From assembly GCA_021203745.1 (NCBI GenBank), contig JAJQAP010000047.1:1-42920 (forward strand): a stretch of DNA of 42,920 nt, written 5' to 3'. Positions 32,632 to 41,717 of the stretch are shown piece by piece. A program made the translations under genes and the position numbers. The first letter of the stretch is position 1, and the number at the start of each line of letters is the position of its first letter. The notes under the pieces were generated by a model. The model ran no database searches. It had not been told where the DNA came from and was given only the letters and a program-made list of their open reading frames with translations. Origin of the DNA: Coprobacillus sp. Its GTDB lineage: Bacteria; Bacillota_I; Bacilli_A; RFN20; CAG-826.

Positions 32632-34717
32632 TGTTTTGGAGTTCCTCCTTTAAAGAGATTTTTCCTTTAAAGGTTAAAGGGATAGAAGAAGCGATAACTA
32701 GAGCGAGTAAAGAGACACCGATAACGATAATAGGAAGAGCTAAGGGAATACCCATAAAAGAGAAGAAAGGAATCTTAATGAAAGGAGATATACCCATAAC
32801 TAACTTTAAGATCCAGTTAATAATCCATTGGAAGACAAAGGAGAAGACAAAGGAGAGAGCTAAACTAATAGCGAGAGATATTAAGTTCTCCTGTATATAC
32901 ATATTGATTGTCTCTTTTCTTGTTAAACCCAAAGATAAGAGAATAGCGAGCCCTTTAGAATCACTGATATAGGATGATAAACAGATAATCCCAAGAAGAA
33001 TTAAAGAGATGATAAGGACGATAACTAGGAAGAAGATTAGACCCACCCTGACTGCCTCTAGCATCGCGGAGAAGGCATCCACACGACTCACAGTGTTGCT
33101 CGTTAAAGAGAATGTCTCGGGTAAGAGGTCAATTGTTTGCTGAATTAAAGAATAACTAGAAAGGTCTTTTAGAAAGAGACGATAAGAATACATCGTATAA
33201 ATTTCGTTATCCGATATCATTCCTAGAAAGTCGTAATAGGTTATATCTTGGTTTAACATCTCTGAAAGATTATCCATTTTACAGCCCATCAGATAATCCT
33301 TAAAACCAGTGTAGGAATAATAGACTGTTGGACTAGATAGAAAGGTAAAGTCATTAACCACCCCAACAATCTTAAAGTTCTCATCAAAGATATATGTATC
33401 AGTAGACCTCTCGTTTGTAGTGCTGTTAGTATAAGAGATCTCCGATTCGATAGAATAAGAGAATGTCATCCCTAAAGGATCTATCCCTAACTGGGTATTT
33501 AAATAGTTATAGGCACTTGTATTAATTAGTACTTCATTAAAACTAGAAGAAGGGATTTCTCCTAAATAAAGAAGAGAGGTATCTATATACTCACTAGAGT
33601 AAGAGTAAACTGGGACAAAGCTTAATTCATAGAGAGAGGACCTGTCTTTAGTGGCTTCTCCTGTAGCGATAAAATAGTCGAGGTTATAATCAATTTCATA
33701 GTAGTTTTGGATCCAACTAATAGAGTTAAGTTCACTCTTAAGTGGTCGATATGATTTAACAAGGGATAAATTAGAGTTATCAATGCTCTCTGTTTGAACA
33801 CTATAGAGAGTAAGGGCACCATAATCTAAAGCTTGGTTTGCTTGATTAACCACTAAATTGTCGATATTAGAAATAAAGCCGATAATCAGAAGAGAAAACA
33901 GTAGACATATACTCATAACTACGGAGTTAAAGATTGATTGTTTCTTTCTTCTTTTAAAGTTAGAGTAAGCAATTTTAGATATAAGATTTGATTTCTTATT
34001 GTTTTTAGTAAAGGATGTATTATCACTTTCTCTATTAGGAGAGTTAATAACCACACTATCGATTAAAGCGCCACCATCGATGGTGATAATTTGATCAGCA
34101 TACTCATTGATGAGCTCTTCATTATGAGAGACCACAATAACGAGTTTATGTTTAGACTCTTCTTTTAAGAGGTCCATGATAATATGTGAGTTAGTACTAT
34201 CTACCGCCCCTGTAGGTTCATCACATAAAAGGAATCTAGGGTTTTTAATTAACGCGCGTACTAGTGCAATTCTTTGCTTCTCTCCTCCTGATAAGTCTTC
34301 AACTTTATGATTAAATAGATCTTCTTTAATATCGACTTTTGCTAGATAATCTCTAGCTATCTCCTCCGCCCCAGAGATGTTATCAATAAGTAAAGGTAGT
34401 TCAACATTGTATAAGACTGTTTCGTATTCAAAGAGATGATAGTTTTGAAAGATGATTCCTATCTCATCTTTACGATAACTAACGACTTGTTTCTCGTTAT
34501 AAGAGAGAATATCATCCCCATCATAGAATATAGAACCTGAGGTTGGTTTATCTAAAAGGGATATTAAGTTGATAATCGTCGATTTACCTGAACCACTTTT
34601 ACCTTTGATAAAGACTAGGCCAGAATCAGGAAAGGTATAGGTAAAATTAGACAAAGCGACAAAATCTTCTTTACCTTTTATTGGATACTTTTTTGTGAGA
34701 TCTTTAACTTCTAAAAT
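32624..34717 (-). CDS. MacB-type fused ABC transporter paralogue (ATPase + FtsX permease); probable non-canonical ATT start
   Basis: The ORF track starts it at TTG 34654. However, the in-frame upstream codons encode ILEVKDLTKKYPIKGKEDFVA, the normal ABC N-terminal strand, preceded by GAGGG 7 nt before ATT 34717. Walker A GKSGSGKST, signature LSGGEKQRI and Walker [12 protein letters not shown] are present, with a C-terminal FtsX-type TM bundle. It overlaps the downstream paralogue by 8 nt. Confidence 0.8.
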   Translation of the reverse strand: MLEVKDLTKKYPIKGKEDFVALSNFTYTFPDSGLVFIKGKSGSGKSTIINLISLLDKPTSGSIFYDGDDILSYNEKQVVSYRKDEIGIIFQNYHLFEYETVLYNVELPLLIDNISGAEEIARDYLAKVDIKEDLFNHKVEDLSGGEKQRIALVRALIKNPRFLLCDEPTGAVDSTNSHIIMDLLKEESKHKLVIVVSHNEELINEYADQIITIDGGALIDSVVINSPNRESDNTSFTKNNKKSNLISKIAYSNFKRRKKQSIFNSVVMSICLLFSLLIIGFISNIDNLVVNQANQALDYGALTLYSVQTESIDNSNLSLVKSYRPLKSELNSISWIQNYYEIDYNLDYFIATGEATKDRSSLYELSFVPVYSYSSEYIDTSLLYLGEIPSSSFNEVLINTSAYNYLNTQLGIDPLGMTFSYSIESEISYTNSTTNERSTDTYIFDENFKIVGVVNDFTFLSSPTVYYSYTGFKDYLMGCKMDNLSEMLNQDITYYDFLGMISDNEIYTMYSYRLFLKDLSSYSLIQQTIDLLPETFSLTSNTVSRVDAFSAMLEAVRVGLIFFLVIVLIISLILLGIICLSSYISDSKGLAILLSLGLTRKETINMYIQENLISLAISLALSFVFSFVFQWIINWILKLVMGISPFIKIPFFSFMGIPLALPIIVIGVSLLALVIASSIPLTFKGKISLKEELQNND

Positions 34718-34786
34718 AAAAATGCCCTCTATATATACATATAGGAGGGTAAACGAAAAAACTTCCTAAAAAATTTTAAATATTTA

Positions 34787-35470
34787 TCATTTAATGAAGG
34801 ATTTGAAGATAAAATCACCGATAAGTAGTCCCATAGAAGATGTTACAAATATCAAGGAATTTAGTGAGTTTCTAGAGAGATTTTCGTTGGTTTCATTAGA
34901 ATATGCGCAGTTTATTTTGCTAATATCGATATTCTCTTTTCTTAGAAGTTCTCTCATCTTTTTAGCAAGACGATCACCACTAGATTTATCTAAAGTGGAA
35001 ATCTTAATCTTCGTGGGGTCGTATTTATTTGCCGCCCCTGTTGAAACAATTAAAGGGATATTATGGCTAATCGCGTATTTAGTTAACATCACCTTTGCGT
35101 TTACATCGTCAACGGCATCGCAAATATAATCGTAGTGAGAGTCTAGGACATCATCGATATTCTCTTCTGACAATTTGACATTTGACACTTTAATATCAAT
35201 ATCAGGGTTAATAGAAAGGGCAAAATCCTTTGCTACATCCACTTTTGCTTTTCCAACGTCGTTAAGAGTGTAGAGAACTTGTCTATTGAGATTAGTCTCT
35301 TCAACATTATCAAAATCGATAATATGAAAATGGATGACTCCACTTCTAACAAGGGACATAAAGACTGTTCCGCCCACTCCTCCAAGTCCAACGATTAAAA
35401 CTCGTTTAGTCTGAATAAGATTAAACTTCTCTTCTCCAATTAAACCTTTTGTTTTCTCATAGTAGTCCAT
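34787..35470 (-). CDS. tcdA: tRNA threonylcarbamoyladenosine dehydratase (ThiF/E1-like, TcdA/CsdL family)
   Basis: 227-aa ORF with the Rossmann motif VLIVGLGGVGG, then DFD.V..TNLNRQ, CDA.DDV..K and DPTKI, as in TcdA. Confidence 0.78.
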   Translation of the reverse strand: MDYYEKTKGLIGEEKFNLIQTKRVLIVGLGGVGGTVFMSLVRSGVIHFHIIDFDNVEETNLNRQVLYTLNDVGKAKVDVAKDFALSINPDIDIKVSNVKLSEENIDDVLDSHYDYICDAVDDVNAKVMLTKYAISHNIPLIVSTGAANKYDPTKIKISTLDKSSGDRLAKKMRELLRKENIDISKINCAYSNETNENLSRNSLNSLIFVTSSMGLLIGDFIFKSFIK

Positions 35471-36338
35471 TTTGGATGTCCTCTTTGAGTTTATTTATAT
35501 CCTCGTACATAATCGTTGGAAACTGATGCGTAAAGAATGTTACTTGTCTTTTTGCGTAGTTTCTCGTTCTCTTTTTCATAATGTTTTTACACTCAAGGAT
35601 GTCGTATTCACGATTTAAAAAGCACATTACTTCTTTATATCCGATAGCTTGAGAGGCAGTTTCTGATAATTGGTATTTCTTTGTAAGTGCTTTTACTTCG
35701 TTAACAAACCCATCTCTAAACATTTGATCCACTCGATTGTCAATCCTCTCGTATAGTTCGTCTCTTTTTGGATTGATAAAGATAAATTTTACCTGTAACC
35801 CCTCAATATAGAAATCATGCTTTTGGCTTGCAATGTTTTCGCTCTTCTTTTTGTCGGAGTGAAGAGCAATATTCAATGCTCTGACAAGTCTCTTACGATT
35901 ATTTTTATGAATCTTTTCAAGCGATGCAGGATCTTTTTCTTTTAAAAGATTGTAGAGTTCTTCATCGGTTAAATCATCAAATGACTCTTGTTCAATCTCT
36001 TCAGGAAACTCGTAGTCATATAGGGCCGCGCGAATATAAAGACCGGTTCCACCGACAATAACTATGTCATTATTTAAAGGGTCTAAAGAATTGAAGACTT
36101 TTCGAAAGTCATCTTGATACTGCTTCACACTGTAAGTCTGGTCAGGAGTAATGATATCTAGTAAGTAGTATTTAGATCGGTCTGGATCATACTTACTAAT
36201 CTTTGCAGTCCCTATATCCATGTCCTTATAAATCTGAAAAGCATCAGCATTTATAATGGGGGCATTATATTTTGCAGAGATAATGGAGGCAATTTTACTC
36301 TTTCCACTGGCGGTAGGACCAACAATAACATAGACCAT
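35457..36338 (-). CDS. miaA: tRNA dimethylallyltransferase
   Basis: 293-aa ORF with P-loop GPTASGKS, then DAFQIYKDMDIGTAK, and overall MiaA pattern. Confidence 0.9.
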   Translation of the reverse strand: MVYVIVGPTASGKSKIASIISAKYNAPIINADAFQIYKDMDIGTAKISKYDPDRSKYYLLDIITPDQTYSVKQYQDDFRKVFNSLDPLNNDIVIVGGTGLYIRAALYDYEFPEEIEQESFDDLTDEELYNLLKEKDPASLEKIHKNNRKRLVRALNIALHSDKKKSENIASQKHDFYIEGLQVKFIFINPKRDELYERIDNRVDQMFRDGFVNEVKALTKKYQLSETASQAIGYKEVMCFLNREYDILECKNIMKKRTRNYAKRQVTFFTHQFPTIMYEDINKLKEDIQNGLL

Positions 36339-36340
36339 AA

Positions 36341-36631
36341 TTAACCTTCGAGTATCTCCTTTATTTCTAGTAAGGTATTATCTATCTCTTCTCTTAAAGC
36401 GGTGAAATTTGCGTTAAGAGGATTATTTTCATACTTTTCTTTAAGCTCTTCATAATTTGCAGAGTTTTTGACTTTAGCATTAGCCACTTCTTCTTTAAGC
36501 TTTTGAAGTTCTGTGTCGTTTTCAACTTGCTCTTTTAAACGAAAATACTCCTTGAATGTTGGAGTGTTATATAAATACTCTTTTAAGTTCTCTAAGTCCT
36601 TATCAAAATCACTCATTGACAATCTCTCCAA
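36341..36631 (-). CDS. Small helical YlbF/YmcA-family-like protein (candidate RNase Y Y-complex component)
   Basis: 96-aa ORF predicted to be all-helical. The pattern TFKEYFRLKEQVENDTELQKLKEE...NP is reminiscent of the Com_YlbF family. Its position immediately downstream of miaB mirrors B. subtilis ymcB(miaB)-ymcA. Confidence 0.45.
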   Translation of the reverse strand: MERLSMSDFDKDLENLKEYLYNTPTFKEYFRLKEQVENDTELQKLKEEVANAKVKNSANYEELKEKYENNPLNANFTALREEIDNTLLEIKEILEG

Positions 36632-38051
36632 TTAATGAATAAGTATGGCTTTCTGTTATCTTCACATCAATAATTTTCCCTATATTTCTGAGTCCACCTT
36701 TAAAATGGACAAGTTTATTGGATTCTGTATAACCACTTAAATACTCTGGATTGTGTTTTGAGATACCATCCACAAGGACTTTATAGGTATTACCGACCAT
36801 GCGTTGTGCACTAGCGGAAATCGATACTTCAAGATGCTTAACGAGTTCCTGAAACCTTGCACTTTTTTCTTCCTTAGTAATTTTGTCTTCCATTTTTGCA
36901 GCGGGTGTTCCTTTTCTGGGTGAGAAGATAAATGTAAATGCGGCATCATATTTAACCTTATCGACTAGGTCTAGAGTCTCATTAAAATCATCATCGCTCT
37001 CATTAGGAAAACCCACAATTATATCAGTGGAAAGCGCTAAATTAGGGATTTTTTCTCTCATTTTTGCAACAAGTTCTAAATATTCCGCTTTTGTGTATCT
37101 TCTGCCCATTCTCTGTAAAATCTGGTCAGATCCAGATTGGACGGGAAGATGAATAAAAGGCATGATGTTTGGATAAGAAGCGATAATATCAATCATCCTA
37201 TCATTAAAGTTCCAAGGATGAGAGGTTGTAAAGCGAAGACGAGGGATACCGAGTTTAGCCACTCCTTCAAGGAGGTCAGCGAAATCATATCCTTCTTTTA
37301 AATCGTTGCCATAAGCATTGACGTTTTGTCCTAAGAGCATAATTTCTTGGTAACCATTATCAATTAAATCCTGGCATTCTAAAATGATGTCTTCATATTT
37401 ACGGCTTCTTTCTTTACCTCTTGTATAAGGAACAATACAGTATGTACAGAATTTATCACAGCCATACATGATGTTTACATAGGCTTTATATTTGCTGTTA
37501 CGACTTACCGCAAGACCCTCAACTACTTCTCCTGGTTTAGAGTTAACTGCGACTATCTGTGTGTTTTCCGTTCCACTTTCATAGATAAGGTCAATGAAGT
37601 CCTTTATTTCATGAGTGCCAAAGACCACACTTATATATGGGAAGGTCTCTAGGATTTTATCGAGAATTTCAGGTTGCTCCACCATACAGCCACAGACACA
37701 AGTAATAACCTTTTTCTTTGTCTGATAGATATTTTTTAATATACCTAGTTCACCATAGACTTTATCTTCAGCGTTTTCTCTTACTGCGCATGTATTAATA
37801 ATGACGATATCAGATTCAATGTCAGTGCCTTCCAGGGCGCCCATATTAAGAAGCATACCTTTCATCGTCTCTTCATCTCTGACATTAGCCTGGCATCCAT
37901 AGGTTCTAATAAAGAAGGTCTTTCCTTTATAGAACTTATAAACATCTGGAGAATAGGCTTTAGAGACATAATCAAAAGTGGTTTCAGATTTATTTCTTAA
38001 ACCCGCTTTCTTTAGAGATGGTTCGTTTATTACTTCTTTTTTCATAATCAA
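36609..38051 (-). CDS. miaB: tRNA-2-methylthio-N6-dimethylallyladenosine synthase (radical SAM methylthiotransferase)
   Basis: 480-aa ORF with UPF0004 N-domain cysteines (YGCQAN...NTCAVRE), the radical-SAM motif CDKFCTYCIVP and a C-terminal TRAM domain. The start may be the MKKEV Met at 38045. Confidence 0.92.
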   Translation of the reverse strand: MIMKKEVINEPSLKKAGLRNKSETTFDYVSKAYSPDVYKFYKGKTFFIRTYGCQANVRDEETMKGMLLNMGALEGTDIESDIVIINTCAVRENAEDKVYGELGILKNIYQTKKKVITCVCGCMVEQPEILDKILETFPYISVVFGTHEIKDFIDLIYESGTENTQIVAVNSKPGEVVEGLAVSRNSKYKAYVNIMYGCDKFCTYCIVPYTRGKERSRKYEDIILECQDLIDNGYQEIMLLGQNVNAYGNDLKEGYDFADLLEGVAKLGIPRLRFTTSHPWNFNDRMIDIIASYPNIMPFIHLPVQSGSDQILQRMGRRYTKAEYLELVAKMREKIPNLALSTDIIVGFPNESDDDFNETLDLVDKVKYDAAFTFIFSPRKGTPAAKMEDKITKEEKSARFQELVKHLEVSISASAQRMVGNTYKVLVDGISKHNPEYLSGYTESNKLVHFKGGLRNIGKIIDVKITESHTYSLIGEIVNE

Positions 38052-38839
38052 GGTTCAAAAAAGTAGATAGGGAATATTTCTTTTGTTTTACCTGTTATAT
38101 TATCGATATCTAAAACTACCGCGTTAAACATTCCTCTACCTTCATCTGGATAGACAAATCGGCTTTTATTTCCAAATAGGGTTTTCTCTGTCGCTGATTT
38201 AGTTTCTACTCCTAAAACTCCATCTGCGTATCCACACATTCCTACATCGGTAATATATCCAGTTCCTTCCGGTAAGATTCTCGCGTCGTGTGTTTGTATA
38301 TGCGTGTGAGTGCCTAGTATTGCACTTACTTTTCCGTCAAATTCATAGGCAAGGGATAATTTCTCTCCTGTTGCCTCTGCGTGTAAATCGACAATATTAA
38401 TCGTCGCTTTCTCGTTTTCTTCATCGCTAAGGAGATCGGCCAGGGCGTAGTAAGGGTCAGACACCGTGACATCCGTTATAAAGGCACTACCCATTAAATT
38501 GGTAACCCTGATTGTGATTCCATCAACTTCATAGACTTCACTCCCCACTCCTCCGATAGGATTGACGATATTAATTGGTCGAATTAATCTATCAACGTTA
38601 TCGATATAGGAAGCGATTTCTTTTTTTGAGGCATAATGATTACCCATGGTAAGAACATCCACTCCATCATCGATTAACTCCTGGTAATGGTTAAAGTTTA
38701 AACCTTTACCATGAGTGGCGTTTTCTCCATTAGCTATCACAAAATCAATTCCATATTTATCGACGTAATATGGCACTTTTTCTTTTATCATTCGTCGTCC
38801 GATTTTTCCGACGATATCACCAATAAAAAGAATTTTCAT
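38048..38839 (-). CDS. ymdB: YmdB-family metallophosphoesterase (2',3'-cyclic-nucleotide 2'-phosphodiesterase)
   Basis: 263-aa ORF with MKILFIGDIVG, GENATHGKG and DLHAEATGEK. Conserved position directly after rny. Confidence 0.9.
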   Translation of the reverse strand: MKILFIGDIVGKIGRRMIKEKVPYYVDKYGIDFVIANGENATHGKGLNFNHYQELIDDGVDVLTMGNHYASKKEIASYIDNVDRLIRPINIVNPIGGVGSEVYEVDGITIRVTNLMGSAFITDVTVSDPYYALADLLSDEENEKATINIVDLHAEATGEKLSLAYEFDGKVSAILGTHTHIQTHDARILPEGTGYITDVGMCGYADGVLGVETKSATEKTLFGNKSRFVYPDEGRGMFNAVVLDIDNITGKTKEIFPIYFFEP

Positions 38840-38840
38840 A

Positions 38841-40406
38841 TTATTTAGCGGTTTCTATCGCTCGGTATTCACGAATAACAGAGACTTTTATTTGACCAGG
38901 ATAGGTCATTTCGTTTTCAATTCTTTCCTTTATATCTCTTGCTAGTTTCGTGGCTTGTAAGTCATCAACCTTTTCTGGGATAACCATTACACGTAGTTCA
39001 CGACCACTTTGCATAGCGTAGGATTGATACACTCCATCATACTCATTACAGATCTCTTCGAGTTTTTCAATTCTCTTGATGTAGTTTTCAAGTATTTCAC
39101 TACGGGCTCCTGGACGCGCCGCACTGAGTGTATCCGCGGCTTGGACAATATTGGAGATTAAGAATTTAGCTTCAACATCACCATGGTGAGATTCCACGGC
39201 ATTGATAACAACTTCGTTTTCACCATATTTCTTACATAGGTGAGAACCAATTTCAACGTGAGATCCATCCAATTCAAAGTCAGCGGATTTACCAATATCA
39301 TGGAGAAGACCCGCTCTCTTAGCGAGATTTTGGTCAAATCCTAACTCTGCCGCCATAATCCCAGAAAGATAGGCAACTTCCATAGAGTGGTCTAAAGCGT
39401 TTTGTCCATAGGATGTTCTAAACTTTAATCTACCAACGTAGTTTTGAAGTTCCTTATTCATTCTCGTAATACCAAGTTTAAGGCAAGCTTCTTCACCCGC
39501 TTTTTCGATATCTTGGTTAACTTCATTTCGGCATTTCTCCACAATCTCTTCAATTCGACCAGGTTGAATTCTTCCGTCTTTGACAAGGGCTTCAAGAGAT
39601 CTAGTTGCCACTTCTCTTCTAATTGGGTCAAAGCAAGACACTGTAATTACTTCTGGAGTGTCATCGATAATGAGGTCCACTCCTAGCATCTGCTCTAGTG
39701 TTCTAATATTACGACCTTCACGACCGATGATACGGCCTTTCATCTCGTCGTTAGGTAAAGAAACAACACTCACTGTATGCTCTGTTGTTACTTCTTGAGA
39801 ATACCTACTCATAGCAAGGCACATTAGTTGTTTAGCGTTTTCGTCCGCTTGCTCTTTGGCTTTATCTTCTTCTTGCTTAATATAAGCGGTAATCTCTTTT
39901 GACATCTTTGATTCCACTCTCGCAAAGAGTTCATCTTTTGCCTCGGCACTTGTCATACCAGAGACTCTTTCAAGTTCAGGAATGATGCCATCGAGTTTCT
40001 CTTGAAGTTGAGCTTCTTTCTTATCATATTCTTTTGCTCTTCGATTGAGTTCATTTGTCCTATCTTCAAGAGATTGTTCTTTTGATGCTAAAACAGCATC
40101 ACGTCTTTCAATGTTTTGTTCTCTTTGGAGGAGTTTGTTTTCTTGTTGGGTTAACTCCCCACGTTTTTCTTTGATTTCCTTATCCGCTTCCGCTTTTAAG
40201 TCATTCGCTGCTTGTTTTCCATCTAGTTGGGCATTTTTGACAATATGATCCGCTTTAATTTCTGCGTCTTTAATTGTCTTATCCGCTTTCTTTTTTCTAT
40301 CCTGATACTTAAAGAAAGGGACTAAAAGTGTGACACCGATTCCAATTGCGAGTGCCACAATAGCAGTGATAACTATTGATAAGGCTAGTATAGCGCCATT
40401 ACTCAT
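38841..40406 (-). CDS. rny: Ribonuclease Y
   Basis: 521-aa ORF with an N-terminal TM, a Lys/Glu coiled coil, a KH domain ([12 protein letters not shown]) and an HD domain (LLHDIGK...SHH). Confidence 0.95.
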   Translation of the reverse strand: MSNGAILALSIVITAIVALAIGIGVTLLVPFFKYQDRKKKADKTIKDAEIKADHIVKNAQLDGKQAANDLKAEADKEIKEKRGELTQQENKLLQREQNIERRDAVLASKEQSLEDRTNELNRRAKEYDKKEAQLQEKLDGIIPELERVSGMTSAEAKDELFARVESKMSKEITAYIKQEEDKAKEQADENAKQLMCLAMSRYSQEVTTEHTVSVVSLPNDEMKGRIIGREGRNIRTLEQMLGVDLIIDDTPEVITVSCFDPIRREVATRSLEALVKDGRIQPGRIEEIVEKCRNEVNQDIEKAGEEACLKLGITRMNKELQNYVGRLKFRTSYGQNALDHSMEVAYLSGIMAAELGFDQNLAKRAGLLHDIGKSADFELDGSHVEIGSHLCKKYGENEVVINAVESHHGDVEAKFLISNIVQAADTLSAARPGARSEILENYIKRIEKLEEICNEYDGVYQSYAMQSGRELRVMVIPEKVDDLQATKLARDIKERIENEMTYPGQIKVSVIREYRAIETAK

Positions 40407-40596
40407 AATTAAAATAATCCTTTCCGTAGATAGTCGTTTTGAAAAACGACGTTTGATAATAAAATCTCAGGTCCGAATTCTATATTATTTATTAAATAAG
40501 ATTTTTAGAGTTGAGAATTTATATAAAGTGTATTTCTACACACAAGATTATTTTAAAGAGTTTTTTTAAAATAAACAAATGTTTATTTATAAATTA

Positions 40597-40626
40597 TAAA
40601 AAAAGGAGGAAGAATTACTCTTCCTC
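40597..40626 (-). terminator. Rho-independent terminator overlapping the recA stop codon
   Basis: On the minus strand: GAGGAAGA-gtaat-TCTTCCTC followed by CTTTTTTTAT. The TAA stop lies in the loop. Confidence 0.7.
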
Positions 40627-41649
40627 GGTTTTACTATCTTCCTCTACTGGGGTTGAATCACTATTTTCCCCACGCAGAGCGACAATTTTATCTTTCAGGT
40701 CATCAAATAAACCAGGTGTTTTTTGGATATAGTCTTTGGCGTTTTCTCTTCCTTGACCAATCTTTTGTCCTTGGTATTCAAACCAGGCTCCTGATTTATT
40801 AATGATGCCTTTTTCCACTGCAAGATCTAATACTTCACCAGTTTTCGATATACCTTGACCATAGATGATATCGATATCACATTGTTTAAAGGGTGGAGCG
40901 ACTTTGTTTTTGACCACTTTTACACGAACGGTATTACCAATAACGTCCGCGCCTTGCTTAATAGCTTCGGTTCTTCTTATATCTAGTCTAATTGTGGAAT
41001 AGAACTTTAAGGCTCTTCCTCCAGATGTTGTTTCAGGATTACCATATAAGACACCGACCTTTTCTCTTAACTGGTTAATGAAGATAACCGCACAACTACT
41101 CTTATTAAGAGTACCGGTAATCTTTCGTAATGCCTTAGACATTAATCTTGCTTGCATTCCCACTGAGGAATCCACCATATCACCTTCAAGCTCTGCTTGA
41201 GGGACGAGAGCGGCGACACTATCGACAATGATTAAATCAAAGTTGTTTGATCCAGCGAGTATTTCAACAATCTCGAGTGCTTCCTCTCCACTTGAAGGTT
41301 GAGAAAGGATTAGTTCATCAATATCGACACCAAGTCTTTTTGCGTACTCTGGATCGATAGCGTGTTCGGCATCGATAAAGGCTGCTCTACCACCTTTCTT
41401 TTGACACTCCGCGATAGCATGTAAGGCAAGAGTGGTCTTCCCAGATGACTCTGGGCCATAAATTTCTACAATTCGTCCTTTTGGATAACCACCGACTCCT
41501 AGTGCTTCATCGAGAAGTAAGGAACCAGTAGGAATGACATCGCAATCCACGGCGGGACGATCGCCAAGTTTCATAACTGAGCCTTTGCCATACATCTTTT
41601 CAATTTCTTTAATCGTATCATCAAGACTCTTTTTTTCTTCTTTGGCCAT
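40615..41649 (-). CDS. recA: Recombinase RecA
   Basis: 344-aa ORF with Walker [10 protein letters not shown], the L1/L2 regions and [35 protein letters not shown] Shine-Dalgarno upstream. Confidence 0.97.
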   Translation of the reverse strand: MAKEEKKSLDDTIKEIEKMYGKGSVMKLGDRPAVDCDVIPTGSLLLDEALGVGGYPKGRIVEIYGPESSGKTTLALHAIAECQKKGGRAAFIDAEHAIDPEYAKRLGVDIDELILSQPSSGEEALEIVEILAGSNNFDLIIVDSVAALVPQAELEGDMVDSSVGMQARLMSKALRKITGTLNKSSCAVIFINQLREKVGVLYGNPETTSGGRALKFYSTIRLDIRRTEAIKQGADVIGNTVRVKVVKNKVAPPFKQCDIDIIYGQGISKTGEVLDLAVEKGIINKSGAWFEYQGQKIGQGRENAKDYIQKTPGLFDDLKDKIVALRGENSDSTPVEEDSKTEEE

Positions 41650-41717
41650 AATAACCTCCTTACATTTATATATATAGCGGGGTTAACGGAAAAACTTCCT
41701 AATTTTTTTTATTTTTT

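Noticed and set aside
32631-32972. 113-aa plus-strand ORF. Similar antisense ORFs occur at 34794-35129, 15717-16118, 9672-10013, 19322-19672, 39444-39798 and 40045-40248.
   Set aside because: Each lies entirely antisense within a strongly supported conserved gene. Their composition is low-complexity and biased, and they have no Shine-Dalgarno element. They are typical shadow ORFs of AT-rich DNA.
40433-40450. Hairpin GTCGTTTT/AAAACGAC in the rny 5' leader, and palindrome ATAAACA-aa-TGTTTAT at about 40571-40589.
   Set aside because: These are small AT-rich structures without T-runs or conserved motifs. They may stabilise the 5' UTR, but the sequence alone cannot support a call.
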